Assembly (NCBI GenBank): GCA_024408335.1
Contig: JAKSVB010000007.1
Coordinates: 18,408 to 82,407 of the forward strand
DNA: 64,000 nt
From: Bacilli bacterium
GTDB taxonomy: Bacteria; Bacillota_I; Bacilli_A; RFN20; CAG-826
Direction of reading: 5' to 3'
A program made the position numbers and the translations under genes. Below are positions 9,317-19,154 of the stretch, one piece after another (position 1 is the stretch's first letter; each line of letters starts with the position of its first letter). The notes under the pieces were generated by a model. That model was not told where the DNA came from, made no database searches, and saw only the letters and a list, made by a program, of their open reading frames with translations.

Positions 9317-9348
9317 AAACAAAAACCCCAATTACTAAAGTAATTGGG
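9317..9348 (-). terminator. Rho-independent terminator
   Basis: A 9-bp stem (CCCAATTAC/GTAATTGGG) followed by GUUUUUGUUUU on the minus strand. Confidence 0.8.
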
Positions 9349-9370
9349 ATTAGTGAAAATAACGCTAATA

Positions 9371-9931
9371 TTAACGACCGTTACTTGCAAGTTGGAAATA
9401 TAGTTCTAGAAGTAAGGCGTTATGGTAGTCTCTGACGTCAAGATTAGTAAGCTCGATAAAGGACTTGAGGCGGTAATTGAAAGTGTTTCTGTGTATCTTT
9501 TCTCTTTCCGCGGTCTTGATGCCATTAAGGTCACTTCTAAGGAAGCTTCCGACAGTCTGCATAAGTTCTCTAGGGACATCGCGGAATTCTTGGCTAAGAA
9601 GAGGGATGCTTGAGAAGTTGCCGAATGTGAGTTCTTTCATTAAGACGTCGGTGAGGAAGACGCACTGATTAGGGAAATAGCCAAACGCTTCTTTGAGAAG
9701 TTTCTTTTCGAGCGGCCAGTTTCTATGAGAGACCACCACTGTGATTGGCATATCGAAAAATGAAGCGAGTTTCTCTGAAAGCTCGTGAGCGATGTCGAGC
9801 TCGCTTTCGAAATAGCCGTTTCTAGTGCCTTCATAGGTAAAGGTGCCATTAGGATCAAGGGAAGCGAATAACGGCTCAAATTTGACCGTTTCTATGTCTT
9901 TACCAGTCTCAAATAGGTATAGCCTTTTCAT
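9371..9931 (-). CDS. Putative regulator with PucR-type C-terminal HTH
   Basis: The C-terminus TAEREKIHRNTFNYRLKSFIELTNLDVRDYHNALLLELY resembles PucR/CdaR HTH_30 domains. Confidence 0.5.
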   Translation of the reverse strand: MKRLYLFETGKDIETVKFEPLFASLDPNGTFTYEGTRNGYFESELDIAHELSEKLASFFDMPITVVVSHRNWPLEKKLLKEAFGYFPNQCVFLTDVLMKELTFGNFSSIPLLSQEFRDVPRELMQTVGSFLRSDLNGIKTAEREKIHRNTFNYRLKSFIELTNLDVRDYHNALLLELYFQLASNGR

Positions 9932-9935
9932 ATTA

Positions 9936-10430
9936 TTAATAATGTGTCTCTTGTCTTACGTAATTGACCTTGAGTTTTTTGTGATAAGCCTCAAGCATAT
10001 CATCGCCGTTATATCCAAGTTGTGGGAGGATGTCGAGATAGCTATGGAAGGCTTCTTCATAAAGTTCTTTGGTTGTGTTTTTGGAGAAGTCCACCACTTT
10101 TTGATATACGTCAATGATGGCTTCAGTCAAGTTAGCGAAAGGGACCATCTTGTTGAAGCGGTGTTCAAATGAATCGATGCCGATAGTTAGACCCAAAGAA
10201 AGGAAGAAATGGATTGCGTCAGCGTATTCATCCATGATGACTTCCTTTTCGCTTGGTCCTTTTAGCGACCAGAACTTGAAGGTTCTTGTTTCGTTTGCGA
10301 ATTCTCCAAGCTCTACTAAAAGAGCGAGGATTCTTTTTTCTTTGGTTGTTTCATAAGAGACTCCTGGATGCTTTTCCATGATCTCCTTATCAAGCCCTAA
10401 TTGAAGGGCGTAAAGTTCACGTAATTCCAT
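9936..10430 (-). CDS. All-alpha NTP pyrophosphohydrolase, dimeric dUTPase-like (dUTPase_2 family)
   Basis: The pattern LALLVELGEFANETRTFKFWS...MDEYADAIHFFLSLGL matches my memory of dimeric dUTPases. Confidence 0.55.
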   Translation of the reverse strand: MELRELYALQLGLDKEIMEKHPGVSYETTKEKRILALLVELGEFANETRTFKFWSLKGPSEKEVIMDEYADAIHFFLSLGLTIGIDSFEHRFNKMVPFANLTEAIIDVYQKVVDFSKNTTKELYEEAFHSYLDILPQLGYNGDDMLEAYHKKLKVNYVRQETHY

Positions 10431-10431
10431 C

Positions 10432-12846
10432 TTATTTCACCTTATATGGGGTCAAGTGCCAGATATCGCGGTTATATTCTTCGATTGTTCTGTCGCTTGA
10501 GAATGGGCCTGACATAGCGATGTTATTGATGCTTGCTTTTGCCCATCTGGCTTTGTCGCTATAGAATTCGTCGACTTTAGCGCAAGCCTTATCATAACTA
10601 TCGAAATCGGCCAGGATGAAGTATTGATCGCCGTGGTTCATGACTTCGTCAAAGATCATTCTGAAGCGGTCATGAGCTCTAAGTGCCCAAGGACCATTAA
10701 AGAGAGAATCAAGGACTTCTTTGACAATCTCGTTTGATTCATAGATTTGCCATGGGTTATATGTGCGATCATCATACTTGGCTTGGACTTCGTCTGCTGT
10801 TAAACCGAAAATGACTTCGTTGTCACGTCCTGCAAAATCAGCGATTTCGATGTTAGCGCCGTCAAGTGTACCAAGAGTGATCGCGCCGTTCATCATAAGC
10901 TTCATGTTTGATGTGCCCGATGCTTCTTTGCCAGCTGTTGAGATTTGTTCACTGACGTCGGCTGCTGGGATGATCTTCTCTGCAAGAGATACGCCATAGT
11001 TCTCAACGAAGACGATCTTCATGTATTTGCTTGCTTCTGGGTCATTGTTGACGATGCCAGCAACAGCAAGGATGAGTTCAATGATACGTTTAGCGTATTC
11101 GTAGCTAGGAGCAGCTTTTGCGCCAAAGATATAGACGTGCTTTTCCATATGGAAAGTTTCTGGGTTCTTTTTCAAGCGGAGATAGTTCGCCATGATATGG
11201 AAGACATTAAGAAGCTGTCTCTTGTAGGCGTGGAGTCTCTTGATTTGGACATCAAAGATGGCGGTTGGATCAATTTCGACGCCATATCTTTCTTTGACGA
11301 AGGCGGCAAACTTCTCTTTGTTATGGGCTTTGACTTCCATTACAGTTTTCTGGACTTCTGCATCATTCTCAAATTCTTTGAATTTTGCGAGTTCTTCAGG
11401 ATGGGAGATCCAGCCTTTGCCAATCTTTGAAGAGATGAGATCGGCGAGTTCTTCGTTGCTATAAAGGAGCCAACGACGGTGAGTGACGCCGTTAGTCTTG
11501 TTATTGAATTTGTATGGGAAGAGTTCGTAGAAGTTTTTGAAAGTGTAGGCCTCAAGGATACCAGTGTGGATCTTAGCGACGCCATTGACGCTGAAACCTG
11601 CATAGATAGCCATATTTGTCATGTGGATTTGGCCATCTCTAATGATTTGCATGGTGTATTGCTTCTCTGGAGATACACCTTTTTCGTTCATGTAGATATT
11701 AAATCTACGGTTGATTTCCTCAATGATCATATAGACTCTAGGAACGAGGAGTTGAACGTAATGGACAGGCCACTTCTCAAGAGCTTCTGGCATGACGGTG
11801 TGGTTGGTGTATGCGATTGATTTTTGGACGGTGTTCCAAGCGTCATCCCAGCCATAACCGTATTCGTCCATCATGAGTCTCATCATTTCTGGGATAGCAA
11901 GAATTGGGTGGGTGTCATTAAGCTGGAAGACATAGTGCTCTGCTAAATGGTCGAGGTTGCCATATGTTCTAGCTTCGCCACGCATAATCGATTGAAGACC
12001 CGCTGAGACGAGGAAGTATTGTTGCCTAAGACGGAGCATTCTGCCGTTTTCCGTTGAATCGTCTGGGTAAAGACCAAAGGAAAGTTCCTTAAGGGTCTCA
12101 AGGTATTTGTTAAAAGAAACGTCTGTTGGGAGGTTTGATTCGCTAGGTTCAGCGCTCCAAAGACGAAGGGTGTTAGCGACGCCATTATCGTGTCCAACGA
12201 CCGAGACGTCATATGGAACTGCTCTAACACATGTTGCGTTAACAGTTCTTAAAGCGTATTCGCCATTTGGCTTAAGGTAAGTTTCAGCACTGCCGCCGAA
12301 CTTGACTTCGACTGCGTGCTTTGGTTTTTTGACTTCAAAAACGAAACCGTTGCTAAGCCATTGATCAGGAAGCTCGGTTTGGCCGCCATGAACGAATTTC
12401 TGGCGGAAGAAGCCATATTCATAACGGATGGTGTTGACATGCATCGGAAGGCCAAGCGAAGCGCTTGAATCAAGGAAGCAAGCGGCAAGACGGCCAAGGC
12501 CGCCATTACCAAGACCTGCATCAGGTTCCATGTCTTCTAAATCGTTGATGTTGATGCCTAAATCTTCCAAACCTTCTTTGGCTACTTTGTAGATACCAAG
12601 GTTTTGCATGTTGTTAAGAAGCAAACGTCCAATTAAGAACTCCATGCTGAAATAGATGCACTGCTTCTTGTTTTCTTGGAAAACGCTGTCACGGCAATAA
12701 CGCCAGTCTTTGCCAGCGTAGTCTCTCACCATTTCGCCAAGAACTTCAAATTTCTCGGTTTCATGAGCGTTATCAACGGCCGTGCCAAAACGGTCTGTCA
12801 ATCTTCTTTCAAATTCTTTTTTGAATGATTCTTTATTTTCAAACAT
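10432..12846 (-). CDS. glgP: Glycogen/maltodextrin phosphorylase
   Basis: 804 aa with the PLP-lysine region EQISTAGKEASGTSNMKLMMNGA. Confidence 0.95.
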   Translation of the reverse strand: MFENKESFKKEFERRLTDRFGTAVDNAHETEKFEVLGEMVRDYAGKDWRYCRDSVFQENKKQCIYFSMEFLIGRLLLNNMQNLGIYKVAKEGLEDLGININDLEDMEPDAGLGNGGLGRLAACFLDSSASLGLPMHVNTIRYEYGFFRQKFVHGGQTELPDQWLSNGFVFEVKKPKHAVEVKFGGSAETYLKPNGEYALRTVNATCVRAVPYDVSVVGHDNGVANTLRLWSAEPSESNLPTDVSFNKYLETLKELSFGLYPDDSTENGRMLRLRQQYFLVSAGLQSIMRGEARTYGNLDHLAEHYVFQLNDTHPILAIPEMMRLMMDEYGYGWDDAWNTVQKSIAYTNHTVMPEALEKWPVHYVQLLVPRVYMIIEEINRRFNIYMNEKGVSPEKQYTMQIIRDGQIHMTNMAIYAGFSVNGVAKIHTGILEAYTFKNFYELFPYKFNNKTNGVTHRRWLLYSNEELADLISSKIGKGWISHPEELAKFKEFENDAEVQKTVMEVKAHNKEKFAAFVKERYGVEIDPTAIFDVQIKRLHAYKRQLLNVFHIMANYLRLKKNPETFHMEKHVYIFGAKAAPSYEYAKRIIELILAVAGIVNNDPEASKYMKIVFVENYGVSLAEKIIPAADVSEQISTAGKEASGTSNMKLMMNGAITLGTLDGANIEIADFAGRDNEVIFGLTADEVQAKYDDRTYNPWQIYESNEIVKEVLDSLFNGPWALRAHDRFRMIFDEVMNHGDQYFILADFDSYDKACAKVDEFYSDKARWAKASINNIAMSGPFSSDRTIEEYNRDIWHLTPYKVK

Positions 12847-12847
12847 A

Positions 12848-14749
12848 CTATCTCCTCTTTGTCGTCTTTCTTCTTGTGGTAGTTTTCTTATTTATCGGTT
12901 TGACTGGTTCATCTTTCTTCGTTTTCCTTTTCAGGATAAGCGCGGCAAACGAACCAAGTTTGATCGTCACGTGATGAGGTTTCCCTTCAGGTCCATTAGG
13001 ACTTGAGGTTAATGGCAAGCCATTATATTGGTTACGACCTCCATAAACGTCTTTGTCGCTATTGAAGAGTTCTTCCCATTCTCCTTCGTGAAGCACCCCT
13101 ACATCGTAGTTCTCGTAATAGTTCCCTGTCATATTGAAGACGAAGAGCAGGTCGCTATCATTCGCACTTCTTTCAAAGGCGAATACGCTTTGGTCAGCGT
13201 TATTCACCATCGTCCATTCAAAGTGGGCAGGATTATATTCTTCGAATCTCATCGCATCCTCTGCCTGATAAATCAGGTTTAGGTCTCTCACAAGTCTTCT
13301 AATCGAATCGTGCTTTGGGAAAGTGAGCAAGTTCCAAGGAAGGGACTTCTCTTCATTCCATTCGTCAAATGAAGCAAGCTCATTACCCATGAAGTTCAGT
13401 TTCTTGCCAGGGTGAGCGAATTGATATACGTAAAGGTTTCTTAGCAACGCGAATTTCGTTTCATAGTCCCCATACATCTTATTAATAAGGGTTCCTTTTC
13501 CATGAACGACTTCGTCGTGGGAAAGAGGAAGAAGGAAATTCTCACTCCAGAAATATGCAAATGAGAAGGTGATTTGGTTATGTTCCCATTTCTTATATAT
13601 TGGATCCTTCGAATAATATTTGAGGGTATCGTTCATCCAACCGAGGTCCCATTTGTAATCAAATCCTAGACCTCCATATTCGGTAGGACGCGTGACGCCT
13701 TGGAAGTCGGTGCTATCTTCGGCGATCATCATAACCGATGGGTGAGCGTAATGGATCTTGCCATTTAGACGCTTAATGAATTCGGTTGCTCCAACGTTTT
13801 CGCCTTTTGATTTGTCGCCATCCCAGTAAAGGATGTTGCTTACTGCGTCGCATCTAATGCCATCGAAATGGAAATAGTCGAGGAAGTAATTCATCGCTGA
13901 CATCAAGAAGCTTCTTACAGGATCTTTTCCAAGGTCAAATAAGCATGAGCCCCATTGCGAGAACGTATGTTCTTCGTCGCCATATTCGAATAAGCAAGTT
14001 CCATCGAATTCCCTAAGGGCAAATTTGTCGTTAGCGAAATGGACTGGGGCGAAATCGAGGATGACCCCAAATCCCGCCTCGTGCATTCTGTCGACGAATG
14101 ACATGAGTTGCATTGGGTTACCATATCTAGAATCAACGCTATAGAAGCCAGTTGCTTGATATCCCCAAGAACCATCGAATGGGTATTGGGTGATAGGCAT
14201 GATCTCGACATGGGTGAAGCCATTCTCTTTTAAATATGGAATGAGATAATCCGCGACTTCTTCATAAGAAGGGAAGCGGTCACCGATCTTGCCTTTCCAT
14301 GAGCCAAGATGGATTTCATATATGGACATGGCATTATCGAAATTGCGGTTTCTACAAGAAAGCCATTTCTCGTCGTGCCAGATGAAGTTTTCAATATCAA
14401 AAAGTCTTGAGCATGTCTCAGGACGAAGTTCGCTATAGAAGGCAAAAGGGTCTGCTTTATCAACGTATTCACCTTTGGCGTTTCTAAAATGGAATTTATA
14501 GCTTTGGTAATTGGTTAAACCAGGAATGAAGATTTCCCAGGTTCCGGAATCGTCTATCTTGCTAAGTTTGTTAGCGCCGACATCCCAGCCGTTCCAGTCA
14601 CCGATCACGGATACGTCACTAGCCATAGGAGCGTAAAGTCTAAAGGTTACGCCTGACTCCTCACCCTTCTTTTCGAAGTGGGCACCAAAGTACTTGTAGG
14701 CATCAATGGATTGACCATTTAAGAAATCGTAGAGAATTCCGAAAGCCAT
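12848..14749 (-). CDS. glgB: 1,4-alpha-glucan branching enzyme
   Basis: 633 aa GH13 enzyme with DGIRCDAV, MIAEDST and LPLSHDEVVHGK motifs. Confidence 0.95.
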   Translation of the reverse strand: MAFGILYDFLNGQSIDAYKYFGAHFEKKGEESGVTFRLYAPMASDVSVIGDWNGWDVGANKLSKIDDSGTWEIFIPGLTNYQSYKFHFRNAKGEYVDKADPFAFYSELRPETCSRLFDIENFIWHDEKWLSCRNRNFDNAMSIYEIHLGSWKGKIGDRFPSYEEVADYLIPYLKENGFTHVEIMPITQYPFDGSWGYQATGFYSVDSRYGNPMQLMSFVDRMHEAGFGVILDFAPVHFANDKFALREFDGTCLFEYGDEEHTFSQWGSCLFDLGKDPVRSFLMSAMNYFLDYFHFDGIRCDAVSNILYWDGDKSKGENVGATEFIKRLNGKIHYAHPSVMMIAEDSTDFQGVTRPTEYGGLGFDYKWDLGWMNDTLKYYSKDPIYKKWEHNQITFSFAYFWSENFLLPLSHDEVVHGKGTLINKMYGDYETKFALLRNLYVYQFAHPGKKLNFMGNELASFDEWNEEKSLPWNLLTFPKHDSIRRLVRDLNLIYQAEDAMRFEEYNPAHFEWTMVNNADQSVFAFERSANDSDLLFVFNMTGNYYENYDVGVLHEGEWEELFNSDKDVYGGRNQYNGLPLTSSPNGPEGKPHHVTIKLGSFAALILKRKTKKDEPVKPINKKTTTRRKTTKRR

Positions 14750-14826
14750 TAGACACTCCTCCTTATACGCATACCATTATATTACAGCCTCTTTCTTATA
14801 GAAAGATAATCGATTTTTTAATGCAA

Positions 14827-14855
14827 TTGTTTCTAGCGCTTTATTAGAGTAAAAT
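14827..14855 (+). promoter_or_regulatory. Candidate ackA promoter TTGTTT-17-TAAAAT
   Basis: Hexamers and spacing read directly. AGAGG RBS lies before the ATG at 14885. Confidence 0.5.
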
Positions 14856-14884
14856 ATGGGCGTTACAAAAAGAGGTAAACAATT

Positions 14885-16084
14885 ATGGCAAAATGTATGG
14901 CAGTCAATGCCGGTAGCTCAAGCATCAAGTACAAACTTTACGAGATGCCAGAAGAAAAGGTTATCTGCAGCGGCTTAGTCGAAAGAATTGGACATGACGA
15001 TGCTCACTTCGTTATCAAATACGATGGCAAGAAAGTCGAAGAAGTCCTTCCAATGAAAGACCACTCAATCGGTGTCGAAAAGATTCTCAAGGCTCTCCTT
15101 GATCTTCACATCATCGAATCATACGAAGAGGTCAAAGCTGTCGGACACCGTGTTGTCCAAGGCGGTAAATACTTCTCAAAATCAGCTCTCTTCGATGCTG
15201 ACGCAGAAGAAAAGATCACCAAGCTCATCCCTCTCGACCCACTTCACGCTCCAGCACACTTAATGGGTTTCCACGCATTCAAAGAAGCTCTTCCAAACGC
15301 TGTTGCTATTGCAGTCTTCGATACTGCCTTCCACCAAACAATGGAACCAGAAGATTACACCTTCCCAATCCCATACGAATTCACTGAAAAATACGATTGC
15401 CGTAGATATGGCGCACACGGTACTTCACATAACTTTGTTATGTTAGAAGGCGAAAAGTACGTCACTGACACAGAGCACAAGCGTATCATCACCTGCCACC
15501 TTGGCTCAGGTGCTTCACTTGCTGCTATCAAAGATGGCAAATGCGTCGCTACCTCAATGGGTCTTACCCCTCTTGGCGGCATCATGATGGGCACCAGAAC
15601 CGGTGACATGGATCCATCCGTCTACTACTATCTCTGTGACGAAGCCAAGATCCCATATGATGAACTCTACGACATCTTAAATAAGAAGAGCGGCTTCCTT
15701 GGAGTCTCTGGCATCTCAAACGATACCCGTGACGTCCTCGCTGCTGCTAAAGCTGGCAACGAAAGAGCAAAACTCGCTATCGATTTATGGGCAAGACGCG
15801 TTGCTGACTTCATCGGTTCTTACTATGTAAGACTCGGTGGCGCCGACCTTATCATCTTCACCGGCGGTATTGGCGAAAACGCAACCGATTACAGACAAGC
15901 AATCCTTTCAAGAATCACCGAAGCTCTCGGACTTTCAATCGACAACGAACTCGACGCAACAATCTGCGGCAAAGAAGCTTTAATCAGCAAGCCAGATAGC
16001 AAAGTCAAAGTCGCTGTCATCCCAACTGACGAAGAAGTCATGATCGCTCGTGATTGCATGAAGGCCCTTAACGGCACTTTATAA
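14885..16084 (+). CDS. ackA: Acetate kinase
   Basis: 399 aa: MAVNAGSSSIKYKLY..., HRVVQGG, GAHGTSH, FTGGIGEN. Confidence 0.97.
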   Translation: MAKCMAVNAGSSSIKYKLYEMPEEKVICSGLVERIGHDDAHFVIKYDGKKVEEVLPMKDHSIGVEKILKALLDLHIIESYEEVKAVGHRVVQGGKYFSKSALFDADAEEKITKLIPLDPLHAPAHLMGFHAFKEALPNAVAIAVFDTAFHQTMEPEDYTFPIPYEFTEKYDCRRYGAHGTSHNFVMLEGEKYVTDTEHKRIITCHLGSGASLAAIKDGKCVATSMGLTPLGGIMMGTRTGDMDPSVYYYLCDEAKIPYDELYDILNKKSGFLGVSGISNDTRDVLAAAKAGNERAKLAIDLWARRVADFIGSYYVRLGGADLIIFTGGIGENATDYRQAILSRITEALGLSIDNELDATICGKEALISKPDSKVKVAVIPTDEEVMIARDCMKALNGTL

Positions 16085-17079
16085 TGAAACTCGATCCAAC
16101 AATTTCAAATTACGCAAAAGAACACGCCAAGGAATTCAACCTTTTTAGGCGTGCTATTTTGCGTTATGACCGTATCGCAATCTTCCGTCACATCAAACCA
16201 GATTCAGACGCTTTAGGATGCCAGTTCGGTTTACAAACGTTTATCAAAGATAACTTTCCTAATAAAGAGGTCAGAGTCTTAGGCGACCACCACGTCACTT
16301 TGACACCTCGTGTTTTCCCTAATGCCGACAAGCTTAGCGAATCATGGTTTGATGAACCATTCCTCGCTATCGTTCTTGACGTTGGAGACCATGAACGTAT
16401 TGCTGACCCACGTTATAAGAAAGCTTCTTACATCTGCAAAGTCGACCACCACCCTTTCAAAAAGGAAATCGCACGTCATCCAATCAACGATGAAAAGATG
16501 GCGGCTGCAAGCGAACTTCTTTCTAATATTCTCCTTTCTTGGAAAGGAACAACTCTTAGCAAAGAAGCAGCTAGATACCTTTACATGGGCATCGTTGGCG
16601 ATTCAGGCAGATTCGAATTCTCAAGCACTTCCGCCCATACGTTTGCGGTTGCAAAAGCTTTAATTGAGACTGGAATCAATATCAATTCCATCTACTTAGA
16701 GATGTATGAGAAGAAGATCGAAGACCTTAGAACAGTCGCCTACATCCTTTCTCATTTCGAAGTGTCCCCTCATGGCGTCGCTTACTATGTGTTAAGTGAC
16801 GAAACTCAAAAGGAACTTGGCATTTCTAGAGAGCAAGGAAAGGAAAACGTCAACCTTTTCTCAAATATCGCAGGGCTTAATGCCTGGTGCAGCGTCACCG
16901 AAGACCCTCAGCCAAAAGACTATTGCTGGAGAGTCTCAATCCGTTCAAAAAAACTTGATATTTCAGGAATTGCTTCAAAGTGGGAAGGCGGAGGCCACCC
17001 ACAAGCTTCTGGCGCTAAAGTCAGAAGCCTCGATAAGCTTCCTGAACTCATAAAAAATCTAGATGAATTATTCATCTAA
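16084..17079 (+). CDS. nrnA: DHH/DHHA1 phosphoesterase (NrnA-type nanoRNase/pAp phosphatase)
   Basis: FRHIKPDSDALGC, DHH in KVDHHP, and GGGHPQASGA (DHHA1). The start overlaps the ackA stop (TAATG). Confidence 0.85.
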   Translation: MKLDPTISNYAKEHAKEFNLFRRAILRYDRIAIFRHIKPDSDALGCQFGLQTFIKDNFPNKEVRVLGDHHVTLTPRVFPNADKLSESWFDEPFLAIVLDVGDHERIADPRYKKASYICKVDHHPFKKEIARHPINDEKMAAASELLSNILLSWKGTTLSKEAARYLYMGIVGDSGRFEFSSTSAHTFAVAKALIETGININSIYLEMYEKKIEDLRTVAYILSHFEVSPHGVAYYVLSDETQKELGISREQGKENVNLFSNIAGLNAWCSVTEDPQPKDYCWRVSIRSKKLDISGIASKWEGGGHPQASGAKVRSLDKLPELIKNLDELFI

Positions 17080-17088
17080 GGAGGCAAT

Positions 17089-18162
17089 ATGAATAACGTT
17101 CTCGCTTGTTTTTCATTCGCTAGCATTGATTCATTTCCATTAATTCTTCTTTATCTCGTCGCTGCTGCTACGCTTGTTTTCGTTTCGATAAAGCTAAGCG
17201 ACTACCTTAACATCATCGATAAGAAGAGCAATGTGAGTGGAGCGTTCCTTGGAGGCGTCATCCTAGCGATGGTCACTTCCCTTCCTGAACTCTTCTCATC
17301 ATTAACCGCGACCGTTCTTGTTAAGAACAACTCCTACGTCTTAGGTAACGTTCTTGGCAGTAACATCTTCAACATGATGATCTTCGCTTTGATCTTCTTC
17401 ATCTTCTACAAGTCGATGATCGAGAAAAAAGTTAGCAAATTCTTCCTTATAAGCATGGCTTTTGCCGGTGGCTTATATGTCTTAGTCGGTTTAGGTGGAT
17501 TCGTCTTCGCTCAAAACGGATGGTTAATTGGATACTTCAATCCAATCAGCATCTTAGTCGTTGCTCTTTACGTTATCTCAATCGTTAAGACTCCAAAAAT
17601 CGAAGAAGCCGAGGAAGAAGACGAAAAAGAAAGCAACATGACCCTTAAAACCGCGACAATCTTATTCGTTATCTTTGCTCTTGTCCTTATCGGCGTCAGT
17701 ATCCTTACCACATATCTAACAGACGCCATCAGCGTTAAGTTCAATCTCGGCGCTTCATTTGGCGGTGCGCTTTTCCTTGGTGTTGCTACTTCAATCCCAG
17801 AGCTTACAAGCACCATCAACCTCGTAAGAAAGAAGAACTTCCAAGCCGCTTATAGCGACTTAATCGGAAGCTGCATCTTCAATTTCCTTATTCTCGCTAT
17901 CGGCGATGCTCTCTCATTCAGATGCTCTTCAAACGCCTATTCCTTTGATCAATCATCATTTATGATGATAGTCTTCGGGGTTATTGAGTTTGCTGTTCTT
18001 GTTATCGCTCTTATCAAACTCATCAAAGGCGTTGACGCAGCAAAGCCAATCAATAGAATCCTCTTCTACTGCTTTGCTTTCATTCTCGTTGCCTCTTACG
18101 TTGGATTCATCATCACTTCAAACGTGAACTTAGGAATCCCATTCGCACCGTTTATTAAGTAG
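17089..18162 (+). CDS. Ca2+/Na+ antiporter-family (CaCA, YrbG-like) membrane protein
   Basis: Two alpha-repeat motifs (TSLPELFSS...GNVLGSNIFNM and TSIPELTST...GSCIFNF) within about 10 TM segments. Confidence 0.8.
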   Translation: MNNVLACFSFASIDSFPLILLYLVAAATLVFVSIKLSDYLNIIDKKSNVSGAFLGGVILAMVTSLPELFSSLTATVLVKNNSYVLGNVLGSNIFNMMIFALIFFIFYKSMIEKKVSKFFLISMAFAGGLYVLVGLGGFVFAQNGWLIGYFNPISILVVALYVISIVKTPKIEEAEEEDEKESNMTLKTATILFVIFALVLIGVSILTTYLTDAISVKFNLGASFGGALFLGVATSIPELTSTINLVRKKNFQAAYSDLIGSCIFNFLILAIGDALSFRCSSNAYSFDQSSFMMIVFGVIEFAVLVIALIKLIKGVDAAKPINRILFYCFAFILVASYVGFIITSNVNLGIPFAPFIK

Positions 18163-18182
18163 TCGAAATAATTTTCAAATAA

Positions 18183-18575
18183 TCAAAGCTCTTCGATGGA
18201 ACTAAGAACTTCAAAATAGTTCTCTAGTTCAAGGAGAGCTTTTTCAATTCTATTTAGTTCCACTTTAAAGCCAATAATGTATCTGGTTTTGGTTTCCCAA
18301 AGCGAAATGACATCCGCTTTATCTTTTAGGTATTCCGGAAGATACAAATCGATGTTATTGCTTTCAGCGTAGTTTATTAATTGATCTAAGTCATGAGTCT
18401 TTTGGAAAGGTTTTCCATGCAAGGAAAGGATATACGTAATCGCAAATTCGATGGATTGTTCGATATGATATGCGGCCATATTGAGTTGTTCTTCATCATT
18501 TGAAGCCATTCTAAAAAGAATCTTGGCAGTTTTGAAATTCGACAAAGCTTTCTCGTAATATGTGCTAGCGAGCAT
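18183..18575 (-). CDS. HEPN-domain protein (PF05168-like), putative toxin partner of the upstream MNT
   Basis: AAYHIEQSIEFAITYIL...KTHDLDQL pattern. I use the ATG at 18575 (MLASTYYEKA), which overlaps the MNT stop by 11 nt. Confidence 0.7.
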   Translation of the reverse strand: MLASTYYEKALSNFKTAKILFRMASNDEEQLNMAAYHIEQSIEFAITYILSLHGKPFQKTHDLDQLINYAESNNIDLYLPEYLKDKADVISLWETKTRYIIGFKVELNRIEKALLELENYFEVLSSIEEL

Positions 18576-19080
18576 AAACGACCACCCCTTTCTTCTGAAT
18601 CTCTTCATACATTTCAGGCGACACATCGAAGTTTGTCCATAGATCGACTGGTTTATCTACGTTATATTTTTTGACGTTGATGTTTTTGTTCAGTTCGACA
18701 TATATGTCGATGTCCGATTCGTAATTGCATCTTTCTTCGGTTGAGGAACCAAACACGACGACTTTTTGGACTTCTTCATATTTTTTAAGTTCTCGAAGAA
18801 TCTCTTCAACGCTTTCTTGTTGAAGAGGATGGATCTTCTCGTTGTTTCTGAATCTATGTTTGTTAATAACTCTAAATCTCCTAAGAGGTTTACGTTTAAA
18901 TTTTAATACATCAAAAAACGATTCCTCAGACACTTCGTTTTCTAGAAGCGAGATAAGGTATGGAAGAGGTTCGGAATCGTGCTGTTCCCATTTCTGAATA
19001 GTTCTTAATGGGATGCCGAAAAAGTCAGCGAATTCCTTCTGGGTCATTTTCTTTTTCCTGCGTAGATCTTTGATTTCCAT
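18565..19080 (-). CDS. XRE-type HTH fused to a minimal nucleotidyltransferase (MNT) domain
   Basis: The N-terminus MTQKEFADFFGIPLRTIQKWEQ is an HTH. The C-terminus VVVFGSSTEERCNYESDIDIYVEL is the GS-x9-DxD NTase motif. Ends with a TAG stop. Confidence 0.8.
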   Translation of the reverse strand: MEIKDLRRKKKMTQKEFADFFGIPLRTIQKWEQHDSEPLPYLISLLENEVSEESFFDVLKFKRKPLRRFRVINKHRFRNNEKIHPLQQESVEEILRELKKYEEVQKVVVFGSSTEERCNYESDIDIYVELNKNINVKKYNVDKPVDLWTNFDVSPEMYEEIQKKGVVVYAR

Positions 19081-19086
19081 ACTAAA

Positions 19087-19114
19087 ATAATACTCTACTA
19101 GAGTACTTTTTCAA
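19087..19114 (-). promoter_or_regulatory. Promoter TTGAAA-16-TATTAT containing a 15-bp palindrome (19091..19105); the -10 ends 6 nt before the ATG
   Basis: Read directly. TACTCTA-C-TAGAGTA lies between -35 and -10, and there is no SD before the ATG at 19080. Confidence 0.55.
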
Positions 19115-19125
19115 TGCTTTGGACT

Positions 19126-19146
19126 AAATATATGAAAAAATGGCTT
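19126..19146 (-). terminator. Rho-independent terminator after the HD-domain gene
   Basis: ATGGCU-GCCA-AGCCAU followed by UUUUUUC on the minus strand. Confidence 0.7.
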
Positions 19147-19154
19147 GGCAGCCA

